IMG/VR virus record: IMGVR_UViG_3300037882_000094
Location: 1 to 40,349 of that record
From: a virus
DNA length: 40,349 nucleotides
Reading direction: 5' to 3' (one strand)
Below, in pieces: positions 39,138 to 40,349 of this stretch. Below the pieces are notes generated by a model. That model searched no databases. It saw nothing but the letters and a program-made list of their open reading frames with translations, and was not told the origin of the DNA. Numbering within the stretch: position 1 is the stretch's first letter; the number at the start of each line of letters is the position of its first letter. The position numbers and the translations under genes are program-made.

Positions 39138-40182
39138 TATTCTTTTGCATCCATTCTAAATTATCTATCAATCTTTTCTCACTAGGATTACCTTGTACTG
39201 CCTTTTTTCCATATTCAATAGCTTCATCTTTTTTGCCTAGATACCAGCCAGCTATAGCTAAAAGATCAAAACACTTCCAATTCCAAACATCATCATTAAC
39301 TAGATAATGCTTTTCCTTTTGTAATGTTTCTACCTTTAATGCTGAGTCCCAACATCCTTGCCAATTCTTTACTTCATAATTAAATTGAGCTAATGAGTAC
39401 CAGGCTTCTAGTTGATCTGGTGCTTCTTTCACACCCTTAACAAACCAATCTCTAGCCATCTCTTTATTGTTTAACATAACAAAAGCTTGTGCTGCTGCCC
39501 TACAGGTTGCAGCACGTTCAATGTACCAACCACCTGCTTTAAGCATTTCTTCTGCAGCTTCAATAGTTTCTTTCCACTTACTGTGGAAGAAATATTCTCT
39601 AGCTAGATAAGCCCACATTCTTGCATCTTGTGGAGTCTCGGCTACTGCCATCTGAAGCATTGGAAGATATTGAGATCTAGACTTAGAATCATCTGGTCTG
39701 TGTCTTACTACTGAATGAACTACAGCACTTTTTTCTTCTCCACCAAAGAAGTCACCATAATATTCTGTGACTTCGTGGCAAGGCTTAACCCAACGATATC
39801 CATATCTTGAATGCAATCTGTTATTATTTTGCCATTCAAAACCTGTTTCCCAAGTAATCCACATACGATTAATCTCAGGATTCCAAACCTTTTTGATCTC
39901 TTTGAATAAATCTTCATCAGGTATTTCATCAAGATCTAAAGATAAACACATATCTATATCATCAGGAACTAAAGCTAGGGAAGCATTGCGAGCATCATCA
40001 AACCTAAATGGTTTGACACTGATGTCGTGTACTATTACACCCTCTGCTCTAAGAAGTTCTTGTGTGCCATCTGTAGATCCTGTATCAGCTACTATCCTGA
40101 TATCAGCATCTTTAGTTGCATCAGCCCAACGCTTAGCGTGTTTGGCTTCATTTAAAGCAATTGCATATACAGCTATTTTCAT
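39124..40182 (-). CDS. GT2-family glycosyltransferase fused to TPR repeats
   Basis: KIAVYAIALNE, ADTGSTDGTQELL, FRFDDARNASL and CLSLDLDE form a GT-A/DxD core. The C-terminal half has TPR-like repeats (ARMWAYLAREYF..., EAWYSLAQFNYE..., IAGWYLGKKDEAIEYGKKAV). Confidence 0.75.
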   Translation of the reverse strand: MKIAVYAIALNEAKHAKRWADATKDADIRIVADTGSTDGTQELLRAEGVIVHDISVKPFRFDDARNASLALVPDDIDMCLSLDLDEIPDEDLFKEIKKVWNPEINRMWITWETGFEWQNNNRLHSRYGYRWVKPCHEVTEYYGDFFGGEEKSAVVHSVVRHRPDDSKSRSQYLPMLQMAVAETPQDARMWAYLAREYFFHSKWKETIEAAEEMLKAGGWYIERAATCRAAAQAFVMLNNKEMARDWFVKGVKEAPDQLEAWYSLAQFNYEVKNWQGCWDSALKVETLQKEKHYLVNDDVWNWKCFDLLAIAGWYLGKKDEAIEYGKKAVQGNPSEKRLIDNLEWMQKNNANV

Positions 40183-40202
40183 ATTGTCCCAATATGTTTT
40201 AG

Positions 40203-40349
40203 TTACATTCCACCAAGAAGTATTCCACCAACAAATAAATCATTAGTGTTAATTGTACCAGTCGCTCCAGTTGCACCAGTGGCTCCTGTTGCGCCTGTCG
40301 GTCCAGTTATTCCTGTAGCTCCAGTAACACCTGTCGCACCAGTTGCGCC
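40203..40349 (-). CDS. C-terminal end of the same collagen-like fibre gene (40251-40349 duplicates 1-99)
   Basis: The reverse complement of 40203-40250 reads AAC ACT AAT GAT TTA TTT GTT GGT GGA ATA CTT CTT GGT GGA ATG TAA. This is in frame with the triplets ending at base 1, so the C-terminus is ...[18 protein letters not shown]. Confidence 0.85.
   Translation of the reverse strand, partial: GATGATGVTGATGITGPTGATGATGATGATGTINTNDLFVGGILLGGM
40251..40349. repeat. Terminal direct repeat, copy B (identical to 1-99)
   Basis: Same 99 nt as the window start, read by eye. Confidence 0.95.

Overview
The window is one complete, terminally overlapping assembly of a tailed dsDNA phage. Bases 40251-40349 repeat bases 1-99 exactly, so the unit genome is 40,250 bp. 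The break point falls inside a gene: a collagen-like fibre gene starts at 927 on the minus strand, runs off the left edge and finishes at 40203.

Layout:
(i) A minus-strand late block runs from 16418 down to 1 and continues from 40250 down to 30836. It holds terL, portal, a 1786-aa giant protein, two ~390-aa proteins, scaffold, an HK97-type capsid protein, a run of tiny very basic proteins, the collagen-like fibre, a GT2-TPR glycosyltransferase, several tail/fibre proteins, a holin, an M23 endolysin and a GT42/DUF115-like enzyme.
(ii) A 576-bp repeat-rich non-coding hub lies at 16419-16994.
(iii) A plus-strand early block (16995-21456) holds about 20 tiny, often Cys-rich proteins with strong AAGGAGG ribosome sites. 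These include an ArdC-N-like, a DUF1281-like and a WhiB-like protein. The block is followed by a reverse-oriented two-gene cassette.
(iv) A plus-strand middle/replication block (22275-28480) holds a split RecB/Cas4-like nuclease, a RecA-fold helicase, SSB, an Hjc-like resolvase, a two-ORF DnaG primase, a DUF1599/MazG-like protein, a metallophosphoesterase and a sigma factor.
(v) A mixed-strand accessory island (28544-31528) holds a secreted PT-rich protein, a GT2-like enzyme and a proteasome/HslV-like Ntn hydrolase.

I recognised no tRNA, rRNA, CRISPR array, integrase, repressor, DNA polymerase, tape-measure or tail-tube gene. That suggests a lytic, short-tailed phage (inference). The WhiB-like gene, the actinobacterial-type SLT domain and the actinophage-type resolvase, on visibly A+T-rich DNA, suggest a low-GC, possibly freshwater, actinobacterial host (inference).

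All functional calls come from motif recognition by eye on the supplied translations and on my own hand translations. No database search was run.

Best leads:
- the Cas4-like nuclease gene split in-frame by an inserted PD-(D/E)XK-like ORF
- the translationally coupled glycosyltransferase + Ntn-hydrolase pair in the accessory island
- three glycosyltransferase-like genes around a Gly-X-Thr collagen fibre
- the cluster of ultra-basic mini-proteins
- the two-frame primase
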